A stretch of DNA of 64,000 bases, from the NCBI GenBank assembly GCA_963769935.1, contig CAVYNY010000011.1:416001-480000 (forward strand). Reading direction: 5' to 3'. Made by a program: the position numbers and the translations under genes. The stretch is from an uncultured delta proteobacterium. GTDB taxonomy: Bacteria > Desulfobacterota > Desulfobacteria > Desulfobacterales > JAFDCJ01. The notes beneath the pieces were generated by a model, which was not told the origin of the DNA, ran no database searches, and worked only from the letters and a program-made list of their open reading frames with translations. This document shows positions 30,718 to 39,868 of this stretch, piece after piece. Numbering within the stretch: the first letter of the stretch is position 1; each line of letters begins with the position of its first letter.

Positions 30718-32971
30718 CACTGACTACAAAGATAATGACTATCTGTGGATCAAAGAGCTGCTGGACTACCCGGCCAATCTGGATATACATTTGGGCAGTT
30801 TTACGGATACGTCTCAAATAAAACTGCCGCAGGATCCCATTGACGGTGTCATCTTCCAGCAGCGTGCCAAAAGCGCCATTCGAAAAATTGCCCAGAACAA
30901 AGGGCACATTCTCATGGTGGGACGGCCGGGAACCGGAAAATCCATGCTGGCCAACATGTTCAAGGAGGTGCTGGAAAAATCCCTCGGCGATTACCTGAAG
31001 CCCAAAGACGCCATCGTGGGGTATCCGGGCAAGGATCGCAACCACATTCGTTTTGCCTATGAAAATCCCGCCAGAGTGGATAAAGTGCTGGCGGATATTG
31101 AGTCGGCCATCGAAGTCGCCCGCAACAGCCTGGATGAATTCAGCCTGGCCGATCAGATTCATTCCACCCGAAAAGTTAAAATCGCGCTGATCTGCGCTAC
31201 GGCCCTGGGAATTGCCGCCGGGATTATGTTTCCGCCTGCGTTTATTGCGGCCGGGCTTACCGGCATGGGGTCCATTTTCCTGTACATGCAGGAAAACAAC
31301 CACCGCGCCCAGGAGAAAATCCAGCGGGAAGCCACCGGCGGATCGCATAACGATGTCAAATACCTGCAGGATATGGTCCCGGAGGTGTTATACGATCCGC
31401 GCCAGGACCCGGACCTGATGTCCAGAGTGTCCGAGCCCAGCGCCCGCAACATGAAAGGGGGGTTCCGGCATGACCCCTACCAGTCCGGCAATCTCCAGAC
31501 GCCCTGCCACAAGCGGGCCTATCTGGGCGCCCATGCCAAATCCCCGATCATTTATATCGACGAATTGAAAACAATGGTCAAAGTCGGCTACATGGCGGAT
31601 TTGCTGGAGATCATGCAAAACAAGAAATACATTCTCGAAGGCGGGCGCAGCACCGGAAGCGGAGCGGCGGATCGATCGGAGAACCACCTGAAGGCCGACA
31701 ACATTATCGTGGCCTGCTGCAACCATGACACCCTGCAATTTCTGCAGGATGAAGGCGACGGTGCTTTCTTGAGCCGGATCGAAGATAAGGGTGAAATCAT
31801 CCACATGGACAACGCCGTGCCGGAGACCCCGGAAAACGTCAAACAGATCGCCCAGTACGTCAAACAGGAAATCATCAACCTGGCCGCCGAATTCAAGCAA
31901 GCCTGGGGAGAGGTTATTGAAAAAGAAGGTTATGAAAGCGTCCGGAAAAGAAGCGAGCACATTTACGGCCGGGCTCTGCCGGAGGATTTCAGGTTGACTG
32001 TGCGGGAATTTTCCAAGGCCGCCGTTCTGGAAATTGCCAAGGAGCTGCGTTGTCGCGCCTCGGACGGCAAGTTCAGCAGTATCCTGCGGCCGATCAACGG
32101 CATCATAAAATCAGCCGAGTTTGAGGCCGTGCTAGACAGCTCAGCGCGGGTCGAACCCCCGCATGTACGCCGGGCGCTGCAGGAACACCTGAGCCTGGAA
32201 GGGGGGCTGTCCAAAGAAATCAGCGAACACAAAAAATATCTTAAAAAATATATCAGCTCGATGACCGATTCCATCGGCTACGTCGTCGGCCTGGCCGTGA
32301 TCCATGCCAAATCAAGCGGGCAGATGTACGGCCAACCCCTGCCGATTCACTGCCAGATCAACGTCGGCACTGCCGATCTGGTGGTCGCACCCGGCAAAAT
32401 CGGTGATATTGCCAAAGCCGCGGCCCAAAACGTCCGGGCCTCCATCAAAAAAGTGCTGACCAACATCGGCGCGCCCTATGTCGGGTATGAAATGTATGTG
32501 GAATACATTCAGGCTCATGGCGGCGTGGAGGGAGACAGCGCCTCGGTGGCCATGGACATTGCCCTGGTTTCGGATTACATCAAACAGCCGGTGAATCAAC
32601 GGTACGGGATAACCGGCTCGCTGACCGGGGACATTATTCTGGCGGTGGGCGGGGTGACGGAAAAGGTTCGATCCATTATGGATCCATTCCTGGGCATGGA
32701 AGGCGCCTGCATACCGTGGCTGAATAAGTACGATGTCGAGCCGCTGCTGATCAACACGGTCAATGAATATATTCAAAAAGATGAAATCCCCGGTCTTCGC
32801 ATCTACCGGGACGGCGACAAGCAAAACCCGTTTGATATTTACTTTTGCAAGACCAAATACAATGCTTATAAGATCCTGATGGGATTGGACAAAGCGGAAG
32901 TGGAGACCCGTATGGCGCAAAGAAGCAAGCACGATCTGGCTTTTATGCAGAATTTAAGAGGTGCGTCCTGA
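30710..32971 (+). CDS. LonB-type (archaeal-like, membrane-anchored) ATP-dependent protease
   Basis: DPIDGVIFQ, GRPGTGKS, hydrophobic hairpin inside the AAA domain, IIYIDE, GVEGDSAS (Ser) and VGGVTEK (Lys). Confidence 0.8.
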   Translation: MPNTDYKDNDYLWIKELLDYPANLDIHLGSFTDTSQIKLPQDPIDGVIFQQRAKSAIRKIAQNKGHILMVGRPGTGKSMLANMFKEVLEKSLGDYLKPKDAIVGYPGKDRNHIRFAYENPARVDKVLADIESAIEVARNSLDEFSLADQIHSTRKVKIALICATALGIAAGIMFPPAFIAAGLTGMGSIFLYMQENNHRAQEKIQREATGGSHNDVKYLQDMVPEVLYDPRQDPDLMSRVSEPSARNMKGGFRHDPYQSGNLQTPCHKRAYLGAHAKSPIIYIDELKTMVKVGYMADLLEIMQNKKYILEGGRSTGSGAADRSENHLKADNIIVACCNHDTLQFLQDEGDGAFLSRIEDKGEIIHMDNAVPETPENVKQIAQYVKQEIINLAAEFKQAWGEVIEKEGYESVRKRSEHIYGRALPEDFRLTVREFSKAAVLEIAKELRCRASDGKFSSILRPINGIIKSAEFEAVLDSSARVEPPHVRRALQEHLSLEGGLSKEISEHKKYLKKYISSMTDSIGYVVGLAVIHAKSSGQMYGQPLPIHCQINVGTADLVVAPGKIGDIAKAAAQNVRASIKKVLTNIGAPYVGYEMYVEYIQAHGGVEGDSASVAMDIALVSDYIKQPVNQRYGITGSLTGDIILAVGGVTEKVRSIMDPFLGMEGACIPWLNKYDVEPLLINTVNEYIQKDEIPGLRIYRDGDKQNPFDIYFCKTKYNAYKILMGLDKAEVETRMAQRSKHDLAFMQNLRGAS

Positions 32972-32989
32972 CGCGGATTGCAACCGATT

Positions 32990-33487
32990 CTAATACTGCT
33001 GGAGCTCTTCATAGCGGTAATCAAGTTCGACGCCGGCGGCTTCCAACATTTTCTCCGATTCCCGGCCGGCATGATATTTGCGCTCTGAGACAACCCTTTT
33101 GATTCCGCAATTTATAATCAGCATGGCACAAGTCCGGCAGGGGGTCATTCGGGTATAGATAGTCGCCCCGTTGATTGAAATGCCCAATTTGGCGGCCTGG
33201 CAGATTGCATTCTGTTCCGCATGGATCGTGCGCATACAATGCTCGGTGACGGTTCCGTCCTCGTGCGTCACTTTTTTCATCTGGTGGCCGACTTCGTCGC
33301 AATGGGGAAACCCCATCGGGGAGCCCACATACCCGGACACCAGAAGCTGTTTGTCCCGCACGATGACGCAGCCGCTTTTGCCGCGGTCGCAGGTTGCCCT
33401 CTTCGAGACCGCATCGGCCATCTCGATAAAGTATTCATCCCAGGTCGGCCGCTCATCGCCTTGCCCTTGGTTGCGGTCAAACGCCAT
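32990..33487 (-). CDS. dCMP deaminase (ComEB-like)
   Basis: RPTWDEYF, HAEQNA, PCRTC. Confidence 0.9.
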   Translation of the reverse strand: MAFDRNQGQGDERPTWDEYFIEMADAVSKRATCDRGKSGCVIVRDKQLLVSGYVGSPMGFPHCDEVGHQMKKVTHEDGTVTEHCMRTIHAEQNAICQAAKLGISINGATIYTRMTPCRTCAMLIINCGIKRVVSERKYHAGRESEKMLEAAGVELDYRYEELQQY

Positions 33488-33625
33488 GCTGATCTCCCTC
33501 TAATCTGATCTGTTGCAAGAATATTAAGTTGAATTGAATACATAAACCCAATTTTCCGGCAGGTCAAGCCATGAAATTCCGGGTGCCGGCAGGTGCCGGT
33601 GAATGGGAGCCGGCCGCTGGACTGA

Positions 33626-34123
33626 CTATCCGACGATATAAGCACCTGTGCCGACGGCAATCAGCACATCATCATCGTTTTTGAGTTCCATGCGGGTGAC
33701 GGCCACCTTTTTGCCCGTGCGCATAACTGTTCCGGAGGAGCAAAACCGGGCACCCCGGCCGGGCCTGAGATAATCCACGCGCATGTCGATGGTTCCGATC
33801 CGGGCAATTCGATTGGAAATTTCGTCAAAGGAAAGCCCGCGCATCCTTTCGGCGGCAGAGGCGGTTGCCGTCATACCGCCGGTCGCATCCAGTACGGCCG
33901 AAATTACACCGCCGTGCAGAATGCCGTGGACCGCATTGCCGATCAGCTCATTTTTCATCTGAAAACCGAATCCGGCTGTATCGAGCCTGATAAAGGCGAC
34001 CTTCAGGCCTAAAAGACGGTTAAAGGGTAAATTTTCATAAACCGTTCGAATGATTTCAAGCAAGGACGTCATCTCTTTTTTCGAGTCGGGCATCGAAGCA
34101 TTCCACTTTTCATAATGGGGCAT
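33626..34123 (-). CDS. PaaI/hotdog-fold thioesterase
   Basis: LHGGVISAVLD, TIDMRVDYLRPG. Confidence 0.85.
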   Translation of the reverse strand: MPHYEKWNASMPDSKKEMTSLLEIIRTVYENLPFNRLLGLKVAFIRLDTAGFGFQMKNELIGNAVHGILHGGVISAVLDATGGMTATASAAERMRGLSFDEISNRIARIGTIDMRVDYLRPGRGARFCSSGTVMRTGKKVAVTRMELKNDDDVLIAVGTGAYIVG

Positions 34124-34272
34124 TTCCTGTGTCTAATACTTCAGCCAGCTTTTCCAATGCATCCCAGGCCGCCGCAAAACCGGCGTAGGCGGCAACCTGA
34201 AAGATCGCTTCAAAACAGAGGCTGGAAACGGACACCCGGCCGAAATTTCATGCAACCGGGGGTGACAGCGTC

Positions 34273-34569
34273 TCATTGACCGCAGCATTTTTTATATTTC
34301 TTTCCGCTGCCGCATGGGCAGGGGTCATTGCGGCCGACTTTTTTTTCGGCAACTATCGTTTTGGGCGGATTCAATAATAGGTCCAGATCGGCAACATCTT
34401 CCGGTTCATCCGGTTCCAATCCAATTGTATATTTCCAACCGTTTTTTTCAAATACCGACGCCACCTCTTTCATTCTCTCTTCGGTCTGTACCCGGACAAC
34501 AGCAGGATTCTTTTCCGTCCCCAATTTACCATTCTTTTTACCGTCAAAAATTTTTTCCATTTTTATCAC
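34273..34569 (-). CDS. SEC-C motif protein
   Basis: C-terminal [18 protein letters not shown]. Confidence 0.85.
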   Translation of the reverse strand: MIKMEKIFDGKKNGKLGTEKNPAVVRVQTEERMKEVASVFEKNGWKYTIGLEPDEPEDVADLDLLLNPPKTIVAEKKVGRNDPCPCGSGKKYKKCCGQ

Positions 34570-35177
34570 CCTGTTTTTCTTACCTCTGAAGCATACAACT
34601 TAATCTCGGAAGCATCTGCGGGCCACCTTGCCATGCGTTCGAATCTTAAGCCGAGCTTATCCAGTAATTTAATTGAGCGCTCATTGTCGGAAGAGACAAT
34701 GGCTGCAATTCGGTTCAACCCCAAAGCATCTCTACCATAGGCCATCACGGCAGCGGCCGCCTCGAAGGCATACCCCTGCGACCAGAATTGGGGAAGGAAG
34801 GCGAAGCCGATGTCCACATCGGGCAAACTGTCGCGTTTTAACAGGCCGCAGATCCCGAGGGGGGCTTCGGAATCCTTCAACTCGGCCAAATACAGCCCAA
34901 AGCCGAATTGCTCATAGCTGGCAATGGGTCCTTTCAAAATATAGTCGCGCGCATCGTCGATTGTCCTGACCCCCTTGTCGCCAATAAAGTGCACATATGA
35001 AGGTTCGTTGAGAAGCCCCAGGATGAAGCCCGCATCTTCAGTCGTGAGTCTGCGAAGTTGAAGGCGATTTGTTTCCAGAACCTTCACTGGATGCGTTTTC
35101 CTTTTCGGATGCCGATCTTTACCATGACACCATAGGATAGCCATCGGTTTTATTGGAGAGGCGCTAAATCTTGTCAT
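34566..35177 (-). CDS. RimJ/RimL-type GNAT N-acetyltransferase (true start probably the GTG of VKVLET)
   Basis: [41 protein letters not shown]. Confidence 0.8.
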   Translation of the reverse strand: MTRFSASPIKPMAILWCHGKDRHPKRKTHPVKVLETNRLQLRRLTTEDAGFILGLLNEPSYVHFIGDKGVRTIDDARDYILKGPIASYEQFGFGLYLAELKDSEAPLGICGLLKRDSLPDVDIGFAFLPQFWSQGYAFEAAAAVMAYGRDALGLNRIAAIVSSDNERSIKLLDKLGLRFERMARWPADASEIKLYASEVRKTG

Positions 35178-35415
35178 ATTCCCCCATCAGGTGTGGCCTG
35201 ATATATAACCGAAGCTCAATCGCCGGGAACCATGAGTGCCCTTCCAACTTTACCATGAATTCTATCATATGCATTCAGGCAGGCAAGATCAATGACCTTA
35301 AGGCCGGTGATTCTCATCTTTTGTCGTTCGATCGCAGCGGGACCGACAAACCGGCGCACGCCGGACCCGACTACAGCCGCTCCGGCGAGGATTGCAAAAA
35401 GCTTGGTTGCGAGTG

Positions 35416-35760
35416 TCAGAGGGTTACTACCAAACCGCCGGCCTTTTCAATCTTATGCATCCACATTTCGCAGAGGATACGCAGCTCCTCCACAGGATCG
35501 GCCTTAGAGTTTTCGTCATGATCCAGTTCGTCGAGGATCTCGAATTCAAAGCACGATTTGCCAAGCGACTTCCACTCACCAAGCAGCTCTGTGTTTCTAT
35601 GACTGCCAAACTTCAGTTCCGTTTTTTGCCTATTTACCCTGGCTTGTAAATCGGTACTGAAACCGACGTATGATTTGCCGTTTCGCGTGTTCAGGATTCT
35701 ATAAACACCCATCGGCCGCTTGGCCTGCTTGTAATCTTTCTTTGCTTTTGATCTGTCCAT
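35416..35760 (-). CDS. GIY-YIG family (LuxR_C-like) protein
   Basis: MGVYRILNTRNGKSYVG; AAGGA RBS before ATG at 35760. Confidence 0.75.
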   Translation of the reverse strand: MDRSKAKKDYKQAKRPMGVYRILNTRNGKSYVGFSTDLQARVNRQKTELKFGSHRNTELLGEWKSLGKSCFEFEILDELDHDENSKADPVEELRILCEMWMHKIEKAGGLVVTL

Positions 35761-35779
35761 ATCGATTTCCTTATAAATG

Positions 35780-36298
35780 TCAGATGCCGATTGCTGAGTG
35801 TGTCCAGTGCCAGGGTTCATAGATGAAGCCGAATTGGTTGCTCCGAAGATACGCCATAGAGAATCGGAAGGTATGGGCATTTAAGCCTAGCCAGCGAAAC
35901 GCTTCCGTGTGCTCGAACTTTTCAGTCAGCAATTCGCACCCGGGCGTGCCGACATCGACAGCGTGCCCGGTATGGTGTTGGCTGAATCCAGGAGCGGCGT
36001 TGACCGCCAGAATGGCATCTATAGGCAGACCAGCGGCCAGCTTTCTCTCAAAAATCCCGCATTGATATTCGATGCTTCGAAATCCTGACACCAGCAGGAT
36101 CTGAACGTTGTCCGAGCGTGCCGCCTCGACCATTGCGGCCCAGGCTTGCGCCGTATCCGGGGCGAGCATCTGTACCCTGCCCAGATCATCCATGCCGACC
36201 TCAACCAGGTGTTCCGCTTCCAGGAACTGCGGTCGAAACGGACGCCGTCCGTAATCCGGTGGAATCCCGAGCGCCCTATGGATTTCTGCAACAATCAT
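35780..36298 (-). CDS. M15/VanY-like D-Ala-D-Ala carboxypeptidase
   Basis: SGFRSIEYQ, SQHHTGHAVD, YEPWHW. Confidence 0.88.
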   Translation of the reverse strand: MIVAEIHRALGIPPDYGRRPFRPQFLEAEHLVEVGMDDLGRVQMLAPDTAQAWAAMVEAARSDNVQILLVSGFRSIEYQCGIFERKLAAGLPIDAILAVNAAPGFSQHHTGHAVDVGTPGCELLTEKFEHTEAFRWLGLNAHTFRFSMAYLRSNQFGFIYEPWHWTHSAIGI

Positions 36299-36390
36299 GA
36301 GGCAGATACCTTCTTCATACCATTATTGGGCTTGAAATTTTATCTTGACCCACACTTGCACCATTATTAATTATGCCCACCTTCTTCGGC

Positions 36391-36462
36391 ACCCAACGGT
36401 TGAGCTCACTGGTTTTCACGAAGCGCAGCGGAGTGAAAATCCAGTGAAGCGATTTGTTGGGC
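36391..36462 (-). other. attC site
   Basis: Minus strand GCCCAAC-AAATCGCTTCACTGGATTTTCAC...GTGAAAACCAGTGAGCTCAACC-GTTGGGT: RYYYAAC/GTTRRRY ends around an imperfect palindrome. Confidence 0.85.
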
Positions 36463-36511
36463 GGTTGTTACGGATTGAATCCGTATTCGATAGCACAACC
36501 TTCCTTCGACA

Positions 36512-37357
36512 TTACTCTGCCTCAATCGGAACCGCAGTACCCCTTACCACAATTCCTCCTGTAGCAGGTATTTCGACTATCAGTCGACTCGGACGGCCCA
36601 TCGCTTCCCCTTGACGGATGAAAATGGTGGCGGGCACGCCAATGAGTTCAGCTTCTCGGAGATACCCCCCAAGCGCTGCTGCCGCCGCGCCCGTGGCTGG
36701 ATCTTCCACAACCCCACCTACTGGAAATGGGTTGCGAGAGTGAAATACATTCGTACTCTCTCGCCACACCAATTGTAGCGTAGTAAAACCTTCTCGAAGC
36801 ATAAGAGCCTTCAGTCTCTCAAAGTCATAATTTAACTTGGCCAGTCTATGCGGATCATTGATGGCCAATACCAAATGCCATGCCCCGGCGTAAGCTCTGG
36901 CTGGAGGAATTGAGCCATCTACATCACCGGATTGCCAGCCAAGCGCGGAGAGCACTTCGTTGACAAGTACATCGGAAGCACCTGTGTACTTTGGCTCCAC
37001 TGAAGTCAACGAGGCTTCACGTACACCACCTTTGGAAAAAACGGTGACAGGAATCTCCCCAACGGCAGCTGCTAACCTATATGTGCCATCCCCTTCGGTC
37101 TCGCCAAGTACCACCCCCGTTGCAATGGTAGCGTGACCACAAAACGGCACTTCCATCTCAGGACTGTAGTATCGAATCGTTCGAGTCTTTCCGATAGTTG
37201 GAGCCACAAAGGCAGTTTCAGAGTAACCAATTTCGGATGCAATTCGCTGCATAACGTCGACAGGTGGCAATGTCTCACCAACCCAAACTCCGGCGGGATT
37301 ACCGCCCCTGGGGTTGTCCGTAAAAGCTGATCTACGATAGAGTGTTCCCAAGTTCAT
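36512..37357 (-). CDS. PhzF family isomerase (cassette gene)
   Basis: AFTDNPRGGNPAGV, SETAF, EVPFCGHAT, EDPATG. Confidence 0.9.
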   Translation of the reverse strand: MNLGTLYRRSAFTDNPRGGNPAGVWVGETLPPVDVMQRIASEIGYSETAFVAPTIGKTRTIRYYSPEMEVPFCGHATIATGVVLGETEGDGTYRLAAAVGEIPVTVFSKGGVREASLTSVEPKYTGASDVLVNEVLSALGWQSGDVDGSIPPARAYAGAWHLVLAINDPHRLAKLNYDFERLKALMLREGFTTLQLVWRESTNVFHSRNPFPVGGVVEDPATGAAAAALGGYLREAELIGVPATIFIRQGEAMGRPSRLIVEIPATGGIVVRGTAVPIEAE

Positions 37358-37504
37358 TATGCCCTCCTTATTGAGTCACCCAAGGCCGTGTTTTACCCGC
37401 TGCCGAGCCAGCAAGACTAACCCCAATAAGAAATAGGGTTGTTACCGTGTTTCCTCTGGTTTGCAGCTTGGCATTAGGATTAAAAAGACGTATTGACGGT
37501 AGAT

Positions 37505-37891
37505 CTAAGCGTTTGGCTTGTACCCAACCGCATCAATCTCGACCGCAGCTCCACGTGCTAATTCGGCTCCACCAACCGTGATGCGTGCGGGGGGATCACC
37601 GCCCATCAGTTCAAGATAGGCCTGATTCATTTCTGGAAAAGTCTTTATGTCTGCCAGAAAAACACTGACTTTAACAAGATCTGACAGGGAGGCTCCGCAT
37701 TCCTTTAAAATGAGGCCAATATTCTGAAGGGCCTGAGCGGTTTCCGCCCCGGTTCCACCCTCTACAAGCTCCATTGAGTCTGATTTTGTTCCCAATGTAC
37801 CTGAAACATAAATAAAATCCCCCGCAATCACTGCATGGCAAAAGGCAGGGAGACGACCAAGACCAGACACGTTTACTTTTTTTGCCTTCAT
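37505..37891 (-). CDS. RidA/YjgF family protein (cassette gene)
   Basis: IYVSGTLG, PPARITV, VEIDAV. Confidence 0.88.
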   Translation of the reverse strand: MKAKKVNVSGLGRLPAFCHAVIAGDFIYVSGTLGTKSDSMELVEGGTGAETAQALQNIGLILKECGASLSDLVKVSVFLADIKTFPEMNQAYLELMGGDPPARITVGGAELARGAAVEIDAVGYKPNA

Positions 37892-37952
37892 TTTGATCTC
37901 CTGAGATGATGCTCACGCACCTGTTATCATTGATTACCATCAACTAAGATGA

Positions 37953-38055
37953 GCCCAACCTTTGAAGTGAGCAACGGCCCAAATTCAGACCAAATCTGCA
38001 CGGCTTTTACGATAAACCGCGGTCTTCACGCCGTCTACTCCACTGTTGGTTATCT
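37953..38055 (-). other. attC site (103 bp, paralog of 44864-44966)
   Basis: Minus strand AGATAAC...GACGGCGTG...GGCCGTTGCTCACTTCAAAG-GTTGGGC. Confidence 0.7.
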
Positions 38056-38063
38056 TGGGATTT

Positions 38064-38432
38064 TTATCTTTTGATACTGTAAGACAGATCTAAACTGTAT
38101 GCCGCATGCTGCAATTTTTTATCGGTAGTCCACAATGGCACCCCGGCCAGTTTCGCTGATGCTAATAAATGTACATCGACAAAACCTATTCCTGTTCCAT
38201 ATAATTGGTTCCGCTCAACAAAATACAGATATTCGTCCAAATTGATGGCTGGAGCTAAAGGAAGGGATCGGAGCAAATTTAGGATCTCGGCGCGGTTACC
38301 AATATTACCGCAAGCAAGCTCCCCAATTATAAAAGAGTGGCAAGCAACCTCCGCATCCATAAGAAGCTTCGCGAGGTGATTCTCTCCACGCCGAAAATGA
38401 TTGACCCAGACTGATGTATCAACGAGCACCAT
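38064..38432 (-). CDS. vapC: VapC PIN-domain toxin
   Basis: LVDTSVW, GELACG, DVHLLASA, LWTTD. Confidence 0.88.
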   Translation of the reverse strand: MVLVDTSVWVNHFRRGENHLAKLLMDAEVACHSFIIGELACGNIGNRAEILNLLRSLPLAPAINLDEYLYFVERNQLYGTGIGFVDVHLLASAKLAGVPLWTTDKKLQHAAYSLDLSYSIKR

Positions 38433-38434
38433 GG

Positions 38435-38632
38435 TTATGATGCCTTTGGTCGTCGGCGCGGAATTGGGCGCAAATTCCTTTCCGAGCTGCCTAATTGGGC
38501 TAACCGCTTGCTGCTTTCCCGTGCAATCAGAGCTTCTAGACCAAGTCGAACAAGGGCCGTCTTTTCATTGATCCCCGTCAATTGGGATGCTTTTTCCAGT
38601 ATTTGGTCATCTATGTTTAATGTCGTTCTCAT
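38435..38632 (-). CDS. vapB: VapB antitoxin
   Basis: MRTTLNIDD ribbon-helix-helix start; directly upstream of vapC. Confidence 0.85.
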   Translation of the reverse strand: MRTTLNIDDQILEKASQLTGINEKTALVRLGLEALIARESSKRLAQLGSSERNLRPIPRRRPKAS

Positions 38633-38639
38633 GTGCATC

Positions 38640-38668
38640 AATATGCATCATTCATGCATATATGTCAA
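38640..38668 (-). promoter_or_regulatory. vapBC promoter with palindromic operator
   Basis: TTGACA-N17-CATATT, overlapped by the inverted repeat ATATGCAT-N5-ATGCATAT. Confidence 0.6.
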
Positions 38669-38692
38669 GGATATTGTTTCCACCAAGATAAC

Positions 38693-39125
38693 GAGTGTGT
38701 AGAATAAGTAATGGCTAAAAACTTCAACCGGCTGATATCTAAAATCAACTATGGAATCGGCAATTTTTTATGATAAAGCCCTTGTATTCATTTCCTATCA
38801 GCACTGTAAAAGATCGATCTGTGCGTTATAATCGCATCTGCCCCTTACCGAAGCCTCATTTATGTATATCCTGTTCCAAATCGGTGAATCTTTAGCAGGT
38901 TGTGAACAATACTAAACAGTTTCCACTGAATGTTCACTTTCTGGTCTCCTCTTAAATTGAAGCGATTCAGTCAGATTGCGTGCCTCAAGTTGGCAAAGAC
39001 CGGCTCTATGGTTCCAATCCGTTTACTATAAATCAGCCTGCCACGTTCCGAGTCGATTTTCTGTTTCATTTTCTGGGTGTAGCTTTGCTGCTTCTTGTCG
39101 GAGCGACCCAATATCAAATGAAGAA
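38693..39125 (-). pseudogene. IS1182-family remnant (transposase C-terminus plus right end)
   Basis: Manual translation GRSDKKQQSYTQKMKQKIDSERGRLIYSKRIGTIEPVFANL...RFNLRG..KVNIQWKLFSIVHNLLK with an internal stop; end TTATTCTACACACTC. Confidence 0.7.
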
Positions 39126-39204
39126 AATATAGGGTCACCCATTAAAGGGCTTGTCAAGAGAAAAAACACCCCCTTGATCAAAAAAAATCAGTTTTTGATT
39201 GACA

Positions 39205-39315
39205 TTGATGGATTCCTAAAAAGCCCGTGCTCCTGGGTTAGCTTTTGAACGCAGGCGATGGTTTGTGCTGCTGATGGTCTTAAGATAAAGATCAGGCTTT
39301 TTAGGAATCCATCAA
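39205..39315. mobile_element. MITE-like element with perfect 21-bp terminal inverted repeats, inside the IS110 right end
   Basis: TTGATGGATTCCTAAAAAGCC (39205-39225) and GGCTTTTTAGGAATCCATCAA (39295-39315). Confidence 0.75.
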
Positions 39316-39399
39316 GTTTATAGCGCTCCTCAGCCCAGTGTCGCCTTTTCTCCTTTTCGCGCCCGCTATTTCTTTCTTATTGGCTTACGGTTAGTATTT

Positions 39400-39865
39400 T
39401 CTGATCCGCATCAGTCACCCATCAGGCTCAAGGCATTTGTGTTTTAAGCTCAAGGCTTGAAAACACCGCCCCTGGTCCGCTTGGGACCCCAGAAATTCTT
39501 CGGTTCCATACCGTGTTCAATTGGATGTGTTACAAATCTTGTGGTTATTAGCCAACCCCTTATGGACTCACGGCATAGGCGAATCGAGATCTAAAGCGAT
39601 CGCTGTCTGGTTATTATTGGCGAGTGCAGCAGCTGCCAATCACATCTAATGGTTTAGTGCCAACCCCTATACCGGCTCACTGCCGCACTCCAACTCTTAT
39701 CGCATACGCACCTGCCTTTTTAGTCGCTCAAATATTGGTGTCTTTTAAGGCCGATCGATGTATCATCGGCAATCAACTTTGATCGATTAGCTGGGTGCGG
39801 CAGCTGCCAATCAAAGCTGGTGGTTGAATACCAACCCCTTATCCGGTTGACTGCCGCACCCAAAC
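39400..39865 (-). ncRNA. Putative bridge/seek RNA with three target-loop-like hairpins and one donor-matching segment
   Basis: Three hairpins share AGGGGTTGG-N5-AACCA-N10; ATGGGTGAC at 39414-39422 is identical to the IS right junction at 39134-39142. Confidence 0.7.
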
Positions 39866-39868
39866 CGA

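Noticed and set aside
35200..35412. attC site between the GIY-YIG and GNAT genes
   Set aside because: GC-rich, but no convincing paired R boxes.
39500..39865. Three repeats downstream of IS110 as a CRISPR array
   Set aside because: Units are hairpins with internal variable segments and irregular spacing, and there are no cas genes; bridge-RNA loops explain them better.
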